DNA from: Escherichia coli O127:H6 str. E2348/69
GTDB taxonomy: Bacteria; Pseudomonadota; Gammaproteobacteria; Enterobacterales; Enterobacteriaceae
Strand: one strand, 5' to 3'
Assembly (NCBI RefSeq): GCF_000026545.1
Contig: NC_011601.1
Length of the DNA stretch: 64,000 nucleotides
Shown in pieces: positions 18,768-29,323 of the stretch. Under the pieces are notes generated by a model. That model was not told where the DNA came from, ran no database searches, and saw nothing but the letters and a program-made list of their open reading frames with translations. The translations under genes and the position numbers were made by a program. Within the stretch, counting starts at the first letter, position 1, and every line of letters starts with the position of its first letter.

Positions 18768-21700
18768 TTTTTCGCCTCCTGAACCTGATCGCGACCTTCA
18801 TCATCCAGCCAGTTAACGTTCTTCATTTTGCGGATCATAATGAATTCGTCGCGGCTCGAGCCGACGGTGCCGTAGTAGTTAAAGCCCCAGGCCAGCTGCG
18901 CGTAACCGCCAATCATATGCGTTGGTTTCGGGCAAACGCGGGTAACCGAGTTATGAATGCCGCCGCGCATGCCAGTTACTTCCGAACCAGGAATATTCAT
19001 AATGCGTTCCTGGGCGTGATACATCATGGTCATGCCCGGCGGTACACGTTGGCTGACCACCGCGCGGGCAGTCAGCGCGCCGTTGGCGTTAAATACTTCC
19101 ACCCAGTCGTTATCGACAATGGTCAGTTCTTGGGCATCGGTTTCGCTGATCCAGACAATCGGTCCACCGCGAGAGAGCGTCAGCATTAGCAGGTTTTCAC
19201 TGTAGGTTGAGTGAATGCCCCATTTCTGGTGCGGCGTCAGGAAGTTAAGTGCTTTTTCCGGGAAGCCGTTTGGCGGTATCTGGCGCATTTCACTGACGCT
19301 ACGGGTGTCGATAGGCGGGCGATAAGCCACCAGACTTTCACCAAAAGCACGCATCCACGGATGATCCTGATAGAGTTGCTGGCGTCCCGACAGCGTGCGC
19401 CACGGAATTAACTCATGAACGTTGGTGTATCCCGCGTTATAGGAAACGTGATCGCTTTCCAGACCAGACCATGTGGGGCTGGAGATAATTTTACGCGGCT
19501 GCGCCTGAATATCGCGAAAGCGAATCTTCTCGTCCTCTTTGTGCAGCGCCAGATGGGTATGTTCGCGTCCGGTGATCTCGCCCAGCGCTTGCCACGCTTT
19601 GACTGCAACATGGCCGTTGGTTTCCGGTGCCAGCGCCAGAATCACTTCTGATGCGTCAATGGCGGTATCAATCAGCGGACGCCCCTGTGCCGGGCCATCA
19701 CGCTTGGTGTAATTGAGTTTACCGAGGAAATCGATTTCATCCTGGGTATTCCACGAAATCCCTTTACCGCCGTTGCCAAGTTTGTCCATCAATGGCCCGA
19801 GTGAGGTAAAGCGTTCATAGGTAGCAGGGTAGTCGCGCTCCACCGCCACAATATTCGGCGCGGTTTTGCCTGGAATCAGATCGCATTCACCTTTGCGCCA
19901 GTCGAGCACTTCACACGGCTGTGAAAGCTCTGCCGGGGAGTCATGCAGCAGTGGTTGTAATACCACGTCGGTTTCTTTGCCAAGATGGCCCACGCACACT
20001 TGCGAAAAGGCTTTGGCAATACCTTTGTAGATTTCCCAGTCGCTGCGTGATTCCCACGCCGGATCGACCGCCGCAGATAGGGGATGAATAAACGGATGCA
20101 TATCCGAGGTGTTCATATCGTCTTTTTCGTACCAGGTGGCGGTGGGCAGAACGATATCGGAGAACAGGCAGGTACTGGACATACGGAAGTCGAGCGTCAC
20201 CAGCAGGTCGAGCTTGCCTTCAATCGCCGCAGTTTGCCACTCGACTTCTTCTGGTTTGATCCCGTCGCTGGCACCGAGTTCCTGACCCTGAATCCCACTT
20301 TCGGTTCCCAGCAGATACTTCTGCATATACTCGTGGCCTTTGCCGGAGGAGCCAAGCAGGTTAGAACGCCAGACAAACAAATTACGCGGATGATTGCTGC
20401 CGCTATCTGGTTGTTCGCAGGCCATGCGTAAATCGCCCGATTTCAGCGCCTGGGCGGTAAATTCTGTGGGGGATAATCCGGCCTTGTCGGCTTCAGCTTT
20501 AATCCCGAGCGGGTTACGCCCCAACTGCGGCGCAGAAGGTAGCCAGCCCATACGTTCGGCGCGAACGTTGAAATCAATCAGGTGACCGCTGTATTTACTG
20601 GCATCGGCGAGCGGTGAGAGCAATTCCTGCGCGGTGACTTTTTCATAGCGCCACTGGCTGGAGTGATTGTAGAAAAACGAGGTGCTGTTCATCTGGCGCG
20701 GTGGCCGGTTCCAGTCGAGCGCAAAGGCCAGAGGCAGCCAGCCGGTTTGTGGGCGCAGTTTTTCCTGACCGACATAGTGCGCCCAGCCGCCGCCGCTTTG
20801 CCCGACACAACCGCAGAAGATCAGCATATTGATCATCCCGCGGTAGTTCATGTCCATGTGATACCAGTGGTTAACACCTGCGCCGAGAATAATCATCGAG
20901 CGCCCATGCGTTTTATGAGCGGTATCGGCAAATTCACGGGCGATGGTTTCAATATACTGGCGCGGTACGCCGGTAATTTGCTCGCCCCAGGCAGGGGTGT
21001 AAGGTTTGATTTCAGCGTAATCTTTCGCGCTGTTTTCATCTTCCAGCCCGCGATCGAGGCCGTAATTTGCCAGTACCAGATCATAAACGCTGACCACCGG
21101 ACAGGTGCTACCATCGGCTAATGTCAGGTTTTTAACGGGCAATTGGCGCACCAGGACAGGATTGTGTTTTACGCTGCGAAAATGTGGATTTTCAATGCCG
21201 CCAAAGTAGGGGAAGGCCACGCCTGCAACGGCGTCATGTTGACCGAGCAGAGTTAACGACAATTCGGTTTCCGTACCGGCGGCAATGGATTCCAGGTTCC
21301 ATTTGCCTTTTTCTCCCCAGCGAAAACCAATCGAACCGTTCGGCACTACCAATTCACCTGCGGTATTAACTGCCACGGTTTTCCACTGCGGATTATTGCT
21401 TTCGCCCAGTCCATCCACCAGGTCAGATGCGCGGACCATGCGCCCGGGAACGTAGCTGCCGTCGTCGCGAGGTTCCAGCATTACCAGCATCGGCATGTCG
21501 CTGTAGCGGCGGCAGTAGTTGATAAAATAATCGCTGGGATTATCGAGATGAAACTCTTTTAAAATGACATGGCCCATTGCCATTGCCAGGGCACTATCAG
21601 TGCCTTGTTTCGGTGCCAGCCACTGGTCGCACAATTTGGCCACTTCAGAGTAGTCAGGGGTAATGGCGATGGTTTTAGTGCCTTTGTAGCGTACTTCGGT

Positions 21701-22504
21701 AAAGAAATGGGCGTCCGGCGTACGTGTCTGCGGTACGTTAGACCCCCAGGCGATGATGTAACTGGAGTTATACCAGTCGGCAGATTCCGGTACGTCGGTT
21801 TGCTCACCCCAGGTCATCGGCGAGGCGGGCGGCAGGTCGCAATACCAGTCGTAGAAGCTTAAACAGGTGCCACCTAACAGCGACAGATAGCGTGTTCCGG
21901 CGGCGTAAGAAACCATCGACATCGCCGGAATCGGCGAGAAACCGGCAACGCGATCCGGGCCATAGGTTTTGATGGTCCAGACGTTAGCAGCGGCAATCAG
22001 CTGATTTAGCTCCTGCCAGTTGGAGCGGATAAAGCCACCGCGTCCACGCACTTGTTTGTAGCTCAGGCACTTTTGCGGATCGTTCATAATCGATGCCCAC
22101 GCCAGTACCGGATCGCTGTGTTGCTTGAGGGCTTCGCGCCACAGTTCAATCAGTCGTTTACGAATGAGCGGGTATTTCAGGCGGTTAGCGCTGTAGAGAT
22201 ACCAGGAGTAACTTGCGCCACGCGGGCAGCCGCGAGGTTCATGATTTGGCAGGTCAGGGCGAGTGCGCGGGTAGTCGGTCTGTTGGATTTCCCAGGTCAC
22301 CAGACCATTTTTAACGTAGATTTTCCAGCTACAGGAGCCTGTACAGTTAACACCGTGGGTGGAACGCACGATTTTGTCGAACTGCCAACGCTGGCGATAG
22401 CTGTCCTCCCAGTCGCGGTTGCTATGCATCACCTGTCCGTGACCATCGGCAAAGGTTTCGCCCTTTTGTTTGAAGTAGCGAAAGCGATCCAAAAGTTTAC
22501 TCAT
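18764..22504 (-). CDS. narZ: nitrate reductase 2 alpha subunit (molybdopterin)
   Basis: ORF 18764..22627; start placed at MSKLLDRFRYFKQKGETFADGHGQ... (1246 aa). narZ rather than narG because narU/yddE/yddG flank it. Confidence 0.9.
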   Translation of the reverse strand: MSKLLDRFRYFKQKGETFADGHGQVMHSNRDWEDSYRQRWQFDKIVRSTHGVNCTGSCSWKIYVKNGLVTWEIQQTDYPRTRPDLPNHEPRGCPRGASYSWYLYSANRLKYPLIRKRLIELWREALKQHSDPVLAWASIMNDPQKCLSYKQVRGRGGFIRSNWQELNQLIAAANVWTIKTYGPDRVAGFSPIPAMSMVSYAAGTRYLSLLGGTCLSFYDWYCDLPPASPMTWGEQTDVPESADWYNSSYIIAWGSNVPQTRTPDAHFFTEVRYKGTKTIAITPDYSEVAKLCDQWLAPKQGTDSALAMAMGHVILKEFHLDNPSDYFINYCRRYSDMPMLVMLEPRDDGSYVPGRMVRASDLVDGLGESNNPQWKTVAVNTAGELVVPNGSIGFRWGEKGKWNLESIAAGTETELSLTLLGQHDAVAGVAFPYFGGIENPHFRSVKHNPVLVRQLPVKNLTLADGSTCPVVSVYDLVLANYGLDRGLEDENSAKDYAEIKPYTPAWGEQITGVPRQYIETIAREFADTAHKTHGRSMIILGAGVNHWYHMDMNYRGMINMLIFCGCVGQSGGGWAHYVGQEKLRPQTGWLPLAFALDWNRPPRQMNSTSFFYNHSSQWRYEKVTAQELLSPLADASKYSGHLIDFNVRAERMGWLPSAPQLGRNPLGIKAEADKAGLSPTEFTAQALKSGDLRMACEQPDSGSNHPRNLFVWRSNLLGSSGKGHEYMQKYLLGTESGIQGQELGASDGIKPEEVEWQTAAIEGKLDLLVTLDFRMSSTCLFSDIVLPTATWYEKDDMNTSDMHPFIHPLSAAVDPAWESRSDWEIYKGIAKAFSQVCVGHLGKETDVVLQPLLHDSPAELSQPCEVLDWRKGECDLIPGKTAPNIVAVERDYPATYERFTSLGPLMDKLGNGGKGISWNTQDEIDFLGKLNYTKRDGPAQGRPLIDTAIDASEVILALAPETNGHVAVKAWQALGEITGREHTHLALHKEDEKIRFRDIQAQPRKIISSPTWSGLESDHVSYNAGYTNVHELIPWRTLSGRQQLYQDHPWMRAFGESLVAYRPPIDTRSVSEMRQIPPNGFPEKALNFLTPHQKWGIHSTYSENLLMLTLSRGGPIVWISETDAQELTIVDNDWVEVFNANGALTARAVVSQRVPPGMTMMYHAQERIMNIPGSEVTGMRGGIHNSVTRVCPKPTHMIGGYAQLAWGFNYYGTVGSSRDEFIMIRKMKNVNWLDDEGRDQVQEAKK

Positions 22505-22539
22505 GACATAACTCCTGCTCCAGGAATGAATTGGGATCT

Positions 22540-22596
22540 GATGCCTTGTCGGATGAGACACGGTTGTAGCCTGATAAGACGTGTCAGGCATCGATC
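22540..22596. repeat. REP-like palindromic element between narU and narZ
   Basis: GATGCCTTGTCGGATGAGACACGGTTGTAGCCTGATAAGACGTGTCAGGCATC. Confidence 0.45.
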
Positions 22597-22598
22597 TC

Positions 22599-23987
22599 TT
22601 ATTTTTGGCTGAACTTCCGCCGACCATAAACCAGCCAGGTCAGTAGCACACAAACGATGTAGAAGATTAAAAACACTTTCATCGCGCCCACCGGAGAGCC
22701 GGTCATATTGAGCGACATGCCAAACGCCTGCGGAATAAAAAAGCCGCCCACTGCGCCAATGGCTGAGATAAAGCCCAGAGCGGCTGCCGTTTCGGTGACG
22801 GCTTCTCTTTGAGCTTGCTCATCACTACCGCCTTTCATCTTCACCCGATAAATTGTTATCTGGCGAAAGATGACGGCGATCATCTGGAAAGTAGAACCAC
22901 TTCCCAGACCCGCGGTCAGAAACAGCCCCATAAATACGGCGTAAAATGCGATGAAATTACCGGAGCCTGTGCCCGGTAAGGTAAGGAACAGCAGGGCGCT
23001 GAAAATCGCCATAAAAATGAAGTTGATCAACGTCACCCGCACGCCGCCGAATTTATCGGAAATAGCACCACCAACCGATCGCGCGATGGCACCGATAAAT
23101 GGGCCAAAGAACGCCAGGCGCAGAATATTCACATCCGGGAACTGGGTTTTTGCCAGCATGGCAAAACCCGCAGAAAAACCGATAAACGAACCGAAGGTGG
23201 CAAGATAAAGCAGGCTCAGCAGCCAGAGATGCAGGCGTTGTAAGACAGGGAGCTGGTCGGCAATTGAGGTGCGTGAACTGGCGATATCATTCATCCCTGA
23301 CCAGGCGGCGATCGTGGCAATCGCCAGTAATGGCACCCAAATCCATGCGGCATTCGCCAGCGACATCACCGAACCGTCGGCCTGCGGTACGCCATTGACG
23401 CCGAGAAAGGCAAATACGGGTACAAAAATGACCAGCGGTGCAACCAGCTGCATCACACTTACACCTAAGTTTCCTAATCCGCCATTAATCCCAAGAGCGC
23501 TCCCTTGTTTGGCTTTTGGAAAGAAGAAACTGATATTGCCCATGCTCGAAGCAAAGTTCGCACCTGCAAAACCGCATAGCAAAGCGATAACGATAAATAT
23601 CCCAAAAGGGGTATTCGGATTTTGCACGGCAATTCCGAGCCAGACGCAAGGAATAATCAGGATTGCAGTACTAAAAACCGTCCATCGGCGTCCACCGAAT
23701 ATAGGCACCATAAAGGAGTAGGGGACACGCAATAATGCGCCAGAAACGGAGGGTAATGCGGTTAATAAAAAGAGTTGATCGGTAGTGAAATTAAAACCGA
23801 TTTTATTGAGATTAACAGTAACTGCGCTAAATAGCATCCAGACACAGAAGGCAAGAAGTAGACAACTGACTGATATCCAGAGGTTTCTTCGTGCAATATG
23901 CTTTCCTTTATTTTCCCAGAAGGCCGGATTTTCTGGTTTCCAGTCGCGTAAAAGATAACGACTATTTTTCTCATTTTGCAGTGCCAT
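22599..23987 (-). CDS. narU: nitrate/nitrite transporter (MFS)
   Basis: ORF 22599..24029; start placed at MALQNEKNSRYLLRDWKPENPAFW... (462 aa). Confidence 0.9.
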   Translation of the reverse strand: MALQNEKNSRYLLRDWKPENPAFWENKGKHIARRNLWISVSCLLLAFCVWMLFSAVTVNLNKIGFNFTTDQLFLLTALPSVSGALLRVPYSFMVPIFGGRRWTVFSTAILIIPCVWLGIAVQNPNTPFGIFIVIALLCGFAGANFASSMGNISFFFPKAKQGSALGINGGLGNLGVSVMQLVAPLVIFVPVFAFLGVNGVPQADGSVMSLANAAWIWVPLLAIATIAAWSGMNDIASSRTSIADQLPVLQRLHLWLLSLLYLATFGSFIGFSAGFAMLAKTQFPDVNILRLAFFGPFIGAIARSVGGAISDKFGGVRVTLINFIFMAIFSALLFLTLPGTGSGNFIAFYAVFMGLFLTAGLGSGSTFQMIAVIFRQITIYRVKMKGGSDEQAQREAVTETAAALGFISAIGAVGGFFIPQAFGMSLNMTGSPVGAMKVFLIFYIVCVLLTWLVYGRRKFSQK

Positions 23988-24265
23988 ATTGTTCCTCACA
24001 TGCACACATTGGTAATGAAAAAAAGACAAAACAGGAGGAGGAGGTAAGGCGCAATAGCCAGTTATTAGAATTAAGGATGAATCAGGTGAAGTGCTGATTA
24101 GAAGAATAGATAAGAAAGCGTAACTGCGGGGGCAGAATGTGGATTAAACAGACAGATATGTGTTACTAAATGTAACTAAAATGGCTTTCTGGTATTTGAA
24201 ATTTATTTTTTAATATTGTCAGAATTTATCTGATTAACTGCCGGGCCGTAGACCCGACAATTATT

Positions 24266-25147
24266 TTAGCCACGACGTGTCGCCAGCCAGCAGAGCAGGG
24301 AACCGCCGCAGACCATTAGCGCGCCTTGCCAGAACGAGAACGACAGCGGGGCGCTGAGCAGCACGGCTGCAAGCGCTGAGGAAAGGACGGGCGTAAAATA
24401 CGAACCTACCGCCATTATGGTGACGTTGCCATGTAATATACCGACATTCCATGCAGCATAAGCAAATCCTAAGGTAAATGCCGCAGAGATGAGTTTAATC
24501 ATGACGGGCGTGCTAAATACCATTTCTGGTTGTGGCGTAAGAAAATAGTAAACCCACAGACTTGCTCCCGTTAGCAGGACAAAAACGGTAATTCCGTTAA
24601 ATCCGCGTGCGTATTTATTCGTTACTGTGCAGTAGGCTGCCCAGATAAACGCCCCAATGAACGCCAGGAAATAACTCAATGGGCTGGTGGTGATATTATT
24701 AATAATTTGATCATAATGTAACCCATTGTCACCGCCTAACACCCAGCAGACGCCGACCAGGGCTAATAATAATCCTGGTACAATCAGCCAGTTGGTTTTC
24801 TGACCATTAAACAGAATGGCAAAGAGAATTGTCAGGCTGGGCCATAGATAGTTCACCATCCCCACTTCAATCGCCTGATGACGGGTCGCCGCATACCCTA
24901 AGGAAAGCGCCAGACAGATTTCATAGCTGACGAATAACAGACTCCCGGCGAGTAAATAGCCTTTCGGGATCTGTCGAATACGCGGAAATCCAACCGTGAA
25001 GATTAACAGCAGCCCGCTTAATGAATAGATAGCAGCTGCGCCGCCGACCGGGCCGAGTCCCTCACTGACACCGCGAATCAATCCTACCATCGTGCTCCAC
25101 AGGACGATCGCTATTAGCCCTATGAGCGTTGCTTTTTGTCGTGTCAT
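24266..25147 (-). CDS. yddG: aromatic amino acid exporter (DMT family)
   Basis: ORF 24266..25183; start placed at MTRQKATLIGLIAIVLWSTMVGLIRG... (293 aa). Confidence 0.9.
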   Translation of the reverse strand: MTRQKATLIGLIAIVLWSTMVGLIRGVSEGLGPVGGAAAIYSLSGLLLIFTVGFPRIRQIPKGYLLAGSLLFVSYEICLALSLGYAATRHQAIEVGMVNYLWPSLTILFAILFNGQKTNWLIVPGLLLALVGVCWVLGGDNGLHYDQIINNITTSPLSYFLAFIGAFIWAAYCTVTNKYARGFNGITVFVLLTGASLWVYYFLTPQPEMVFSTPVMIKLISAAFTLGFAYAAWNVGILHGNVTIMAVGSYFTPVLSSALAAVLLSAPLSFSFWQGALMVCGGSLLCWLATRRG

Positions 25148-25237
25148 GCTCGCTGTTTTGTCTCTCTTGCCGTTAAAAATCAAGCTGAATTTTATAGCAT
25201 TTTTTTAACTGGTCTGTCAGGCAGTGGGGCGTTTTTC

Positions 25238-25253
25238 TACCGCTATTGAGGTA
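25238..25253 (+). promoter_or_regulatory. candidate NarL 7-2-7 heptamer pair in the fdnG promoter
   Basis: TACCGCT-AT-TGAGGTA fits TACYYMT-nn-AKRRGTA; about 105 bp upstream of the predicted fdnG start region, consistent with the reported -104.5 site (recalled). Confidence 0.45.
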
Positions 25254-25300
25254 GGTCAATTTGCGCAGGCGGATTATTTTGTGGCAAACACGTGTTCTTT

Positions 25301-25314
25301 TTGATTTCGCGCAA
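25301..25314 (+). promoter_or_regulatory. candidate FNR box in the fdnG promoter
   Basis: TTGAT-TTCG-CGCAA (TTGAT-N4-ATCAA with two mismatches) about 70 bp upstream of the fdnG ATG. Confidence 0.4.
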
Positions 25315-25378
25315 AAAGATTCAGAATTTTACTGTTAGTTTCCTCGCGCAGTAATACCCCTGAAAAAAGAGGAAAGCA

Positions 25379-28300
25379 ATGGACGTCAGTCGCAGACAAT
25401 TTTTTAAAATCTGCGCGGGCGGTATGGCGGGAACAACAGTAGCGGCATTGGGCTTTGCCCCAAAGCAAGCACTGGCTCAGGCGCGAAACTACAAATTATT
25501 ACGCGCTAAAGAGATCCGTAACACCTGCACATACTGTTCCGTAGGTTGCGGGCTATTGATGTATAGCCTGGGTGATGGCGCGAAAAACGCCAGAGAAGCG
25601 ATTTATCACATTGAAGGTGACCCGGATCATCCGGTAAGCCGTGGTGCGCTGTGCCCGAAAGGGGCCGGTTTGCTGGATTACGTCAACAGCGAAAACCGTC
25701 TGCGCTACCCGGAATATCGTGCGCCAGGTTCTGATAAATGGCAGCGCATTAGCTGGGATGAAGCATTCTCCCGTATTGCGAAGCTGATGAAAGCTGACCG
25801 TGACGCTAACTTTATTGAAAAGAACGAGCAGGGCGTAACGGTAAACCGTTGGCTTTCTACCGGTATGCTGTGTGCCTCCGGTGCCAGCAACGAAACCGGG
25901 ATGCTGACTCAAAAATTTGCCCGCTCCCTCGGGATGCTGGCGGTAGACAACCAGGCGCGCGTCTGACACGGACCAACGGTAGCAAGTCTTGCTCCAACAT
26001 TTGGTCGCGGTGCGATGACCAACCACTGGGTGGATATCAAAAACGCTAACGTCGTAATGGTGATGGGTGGTAACGCTGCGGAAGCGCATCCCGTCGGTTT
26101 CCGCTGGGCGATGGAAGCGAAAAACAACAACGATGCAACCTTGATCGTTGTCGATCCCCGTTTTACGCGTACCGCTTCTGTGGCGGATATTTACGCACCT
26201 ATTCGTTCCGGTACGGACATTACGTTCCTGTCTGGCGTTTTGCGCTACCTGATCGAAAACAACAAAATCAACGCCGAATACGTTAAGCATTACACCAACG
26301 CTAGCCTGCTGGTGCGTGATGATTTTGCTTTCGAAGATGGCCTGTTCAGCGGTTATGACGCTGAAAAACGCCAGTACGATAAATCGTCCTGGAACTATCA
26401 GTTCGATGAAAACGGCTATGCGAAACGCGATGAAACACTGACTCATCCGCGCTGTGTGTGGAACTTGCTGAAAGCGCACGTTTCCCGCTACACGCCGGAC
26501 GTAGTAGAAAACATCTGCGGTACGCCAAAAGCCGACTTCCTGAAAGTGTGTGAAGTGCTGGCCTCCACCAGCGCACCGGATCGCACAACCACCTTCCTGT
26601 ACGCGCTGGGCTGGACGCAGCACACCGTGGGTGCGCAGAACATCCGTACTATGGCGATGATCCAGTTGCTGCTCGGTAACATGGGTATGGCCGGTGGCGG
26701 CGTGAACGCATTGCGTGGTCACTCCAACATTCAGGGCCTGACTGACTTAGGCCTGCTCTCTACCAGCCTGCCAGGTTATCTGACGCTGCCGTCAGAAAAA
26801 CAGGTTGATTTGCAGTCGTATCTGGAAGCGAACACGCCGAAAGCGACGCTGGCTGATCAGGTGAACTACTGGAGCAACTATCCGAAGTTTTTCGTTAGCC
26901 TGATGAAATCTTTCTACGGCGATGCCGCGCAGAAAGAGAACAACTGGGGCTACGACTGGCTGCCGAAGTGGGACCAGACCTACGACGTCATCAAGTATTT
27001 CAACATGATGGATGAAGGTAAAGTCACCGGTTATTTCTGCCAGGGCTTTAACCCGGTTGCGTCCTTCCCGGACAAAAACAAAGTGGTGAGCTGCCTGAGC
27101 AAGCTGAAGTACATGGTGGTTATCGATCCGCTGGTGACTGAAACCTCTACCTTCTGGCAGAACCACGGCGAGTCGAACGATGTCGATCCGGCATCTATTC
27201 AGACTGAAGTATTCCGTCTGCCTTCGACCTGCTTTGCTGAAGAAGATGGTTCTATCGCTAACTCCGGTCGCTGGTTGCAGTGGCACTGGAAAGGTCAGGA
27301 CGCGCCGGGCGAAGCACGTAACGACGGCGAAATTCTGGCGGGTATCTACCATCATCTGCGCGAGCTGTACCAGGCCGAGGGTGGTAAAGGCGTAGAACCG
27401 CTGATGAAGATGAGCTGGAACTACAAGCAGCCGCACGAACCGCAGTCTGACGAAGTGGCGAAAGAGAACAACGGCTATGCGCTGGAAGATCTCTATGACG
27501 CTAATGGCGTGCTGATTGCGAAGAAAGGTCAGTTGCTGAGTAGCTTTGCGCATCTGCGTGATGACGGTACAACCGCATCGTCTTGCTGGATCTACACCGG
27601 TAGCTGGACAGAGCAGGGCAACCAGATGGCTAACCGCGATAACTCCGACCCGTCCGGTCTGGGGAATACGCTGGGATGGGCCTGGGCGTGGCCGCTCAAC
27701 CGTCGCGTACTCTACAATCGTGCTTCGGCGGATATCAACGGTAAACCGTGGGATCCGAAACGGATGCTGATCCAGTGGAACGGTAGCAAGTGGACGGGTA
27801 ACGATATTCCGGACTTCGGCAATGCCGCACCGGGTACGCCAACCGGGCCGTTTATCATGCAGCCGGAAGGGATGGGACGCCTGTTTGCCATCAACAAAAT
27901 GGCGGAAGGTCCGTTCCCGGAACACTACGAGCCAATTGAAACGCCGCTGGGCACTAACCCGTTGCATCCGAACGTGGTGTCTAACCCGGTTGTTCGTCTG
28001 TATGAACAAGACGCGCTGCGGATGGGTAAAAAAGAGCAGTTCCCGTATGTGGGTACGACCTATCGTCTGACGGAGCACTTCCACACCTGGACCAAGCACG
28101 CATTGCTCAACGCAATTGCTCAGCCGGAACAGTTTGTGGAAATCAGCGAAACGCTGGCGGCGGCGAAAGGCATTAATAATGGCGATCGTGTCACTGTCTC
28201 CAGCAAGCGTGGCTTTATCCGCGCGGTGGCTGTGGTAACGCGCCGTCTGAAACCGCTGAATGTAAACGGTCAGCAGGTTGAAACGGTGGGTATTCCAATC

Positions 28301-28426
28301 CACTGGGGCTTTGAGGGTGTCGCGCGTAAAGGTTATATCGCTAACACTCTGACGCCGAATGTCGGTGATGCAAACTCGCAAACGCCGGAATATAAAGCGT
28401 TCTTAATCAACATCGAGAAGGCGTAA
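25379..28426 (+). CDS. fdnG: formate dehydrogenase-N alpha subunit (selenocysteine-containing; Tat signal)
   Basis: ORFs 25379..25966 and 26015..28426 are in the same frame, split only by TGA at 25964..25966; twin-arginine signal MDVSRRQFFKICAGG; 1015 codons when TGA is read as Sec. Confidence 0.95.
25964..26010 (+). other. in-frame UGA selenocysteine codon plus downstream SECIS region
   Basis: TGA at the position of FdnG Sec196 (...AVDNQARV-U-HGPTVASLAPTFGRG...); the SECIS stem-loop is expected in the ~40 nt immediately 3'. Confidence 0.7.
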
Positions 28427-28438
28427 GGGGGCGAACAG

Positions 28439-29323
28439 ATGGCTATGGAAACGCAGGACATTATCAAAAGGTCCGCAACTAACTCCATCACGCCGCCTTC
28501 TCAGGTGCGTGATTACAAAGCAGAAGTCGCGAAACTTATCGACGTTTCCACCTGTATCGGCTGTAAAGCCTGTCAGGTGGCGTGTTCGGAGTGGAACGAC
28601 ATCCGTGATGAAGTGGGGCACTGCGTCGGGGTTTACGATAACCCCGCCGATCTGAGCGCCAAGTCCTGGACGGTGATGCGCTTTAGCGAAACCGAACAGA
28701 ACGGCAAGCTGGAGTGGCTGATCCGTAAAGACGGCTGTATGCACTGTGAAGATCCGGGCTGCCTGAAGGCGTGCCCGTCTGCTGGTGCAATCATTCAGTA
28801 CGCTAACGGGATTGTCGATTTCCAGTCGGAAAATTGCATCGGCTGTGGTTACTGCATTGCCGGGTGTCCGTTTAATATTCCGCGCCTCAACAAAGAGGAT
28901 AACCGGGTATATAAATGCACGCTCTGCGTCGATCGCGTCAGCGTCGGCCAGGAACCGGCTTGTGTGAAAACCTGTCCGACCGGGGCTATCCACTTCGGCA
29001 CCAAGAAGGAGATGCTGGAGCTGGCGGAACAGCGTGTGGCGAAACTGAAAGCGCGTGGTTACGAACATGCTGGCGTCTACAACCCGGAAGGGGTCGGTGG
29101 TACGCACGTTATGTACGTGCTGCATCACGCCGATCAGCCGGAGCTGTATCACGGTCTGCCGAAAGATCCGAAGATCGACACCTCGGTAAGCCTGTGGAAA
29201 GGCGCGTTGAAACCGCTGGCAGCGGCTGGCTTTATTGCCACTTTTGCCGGGTTGATTTTCCACTACATCGGTATTGGCCCGAATAAGGAAGTGGACGATG
29301 ACGAGGAGGGAAATCATGAGTAA
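28439..29323 (+). CDS. fdnH: formate dehydrogenase-N beta subunit (4Fe-4S)
   Basis: 294 aa with four ferredoxin-type Cys motifs and a C-terminal TM anchor. Confidence 0.95.
   Translation: MAMETQDIIKRSATNSITPPSQVRDYKAEVAKLIDVSTCIGCKACQVACSEWNDIRDEVGHCVGVYDNPADLSAKSWTVMRFSETEQNGKLEWLIRKDGCMHCEDPGCLKACPSAGAIIQYANGIVDFQSENCIGCGYCIAGCPFNIPRLNKEDNRVYKCTLCVDRVSVGQEPACVKTCPTGAIHFGTKKEMLELAEQRVAKLKARGYEHAGVYNPEGVGGTHVMYVLHHADQPELYHGLPKDPKIDTSVSLWKGALKPLAAAGFIATFAGLIFHYIGIGPNKEVDDDEEGNHE

Noticed and set aside
16065-18782. Numerous 60-185-aa ORFs on both strands within narV, narW and narY
   Set aside because: All overlap strongly supported nar genes in other frames or strands; Arg/Ser/Ala-rich compositions typical of spurious frames.
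15851-22504. Possibility that the nitrate reductase operon is narGHJI
   Set aside because: Flanking genes (narU upstream; yddE, nhoA downstream) and absence of narK/narXL indicate the second, cryptic isozyme operon narZYWV.
26792-28381. 529-aa minus-strand ORF (and 389-aa ORF 25553..26722) inside fdnG
   Set aside because: Entirely antisense to the well-supported fdnG coding sequence; Arg/His-rich low-complexity translation typical of antisense frames in GC-rich genes; no RBS or homology signal.
25379-28426. fdnG as a pseudogene because of the internal stop
   Set aside because: The single in-frame TGA is at the conserved selenocysteine position and both flanking ORFs are in the same frame.
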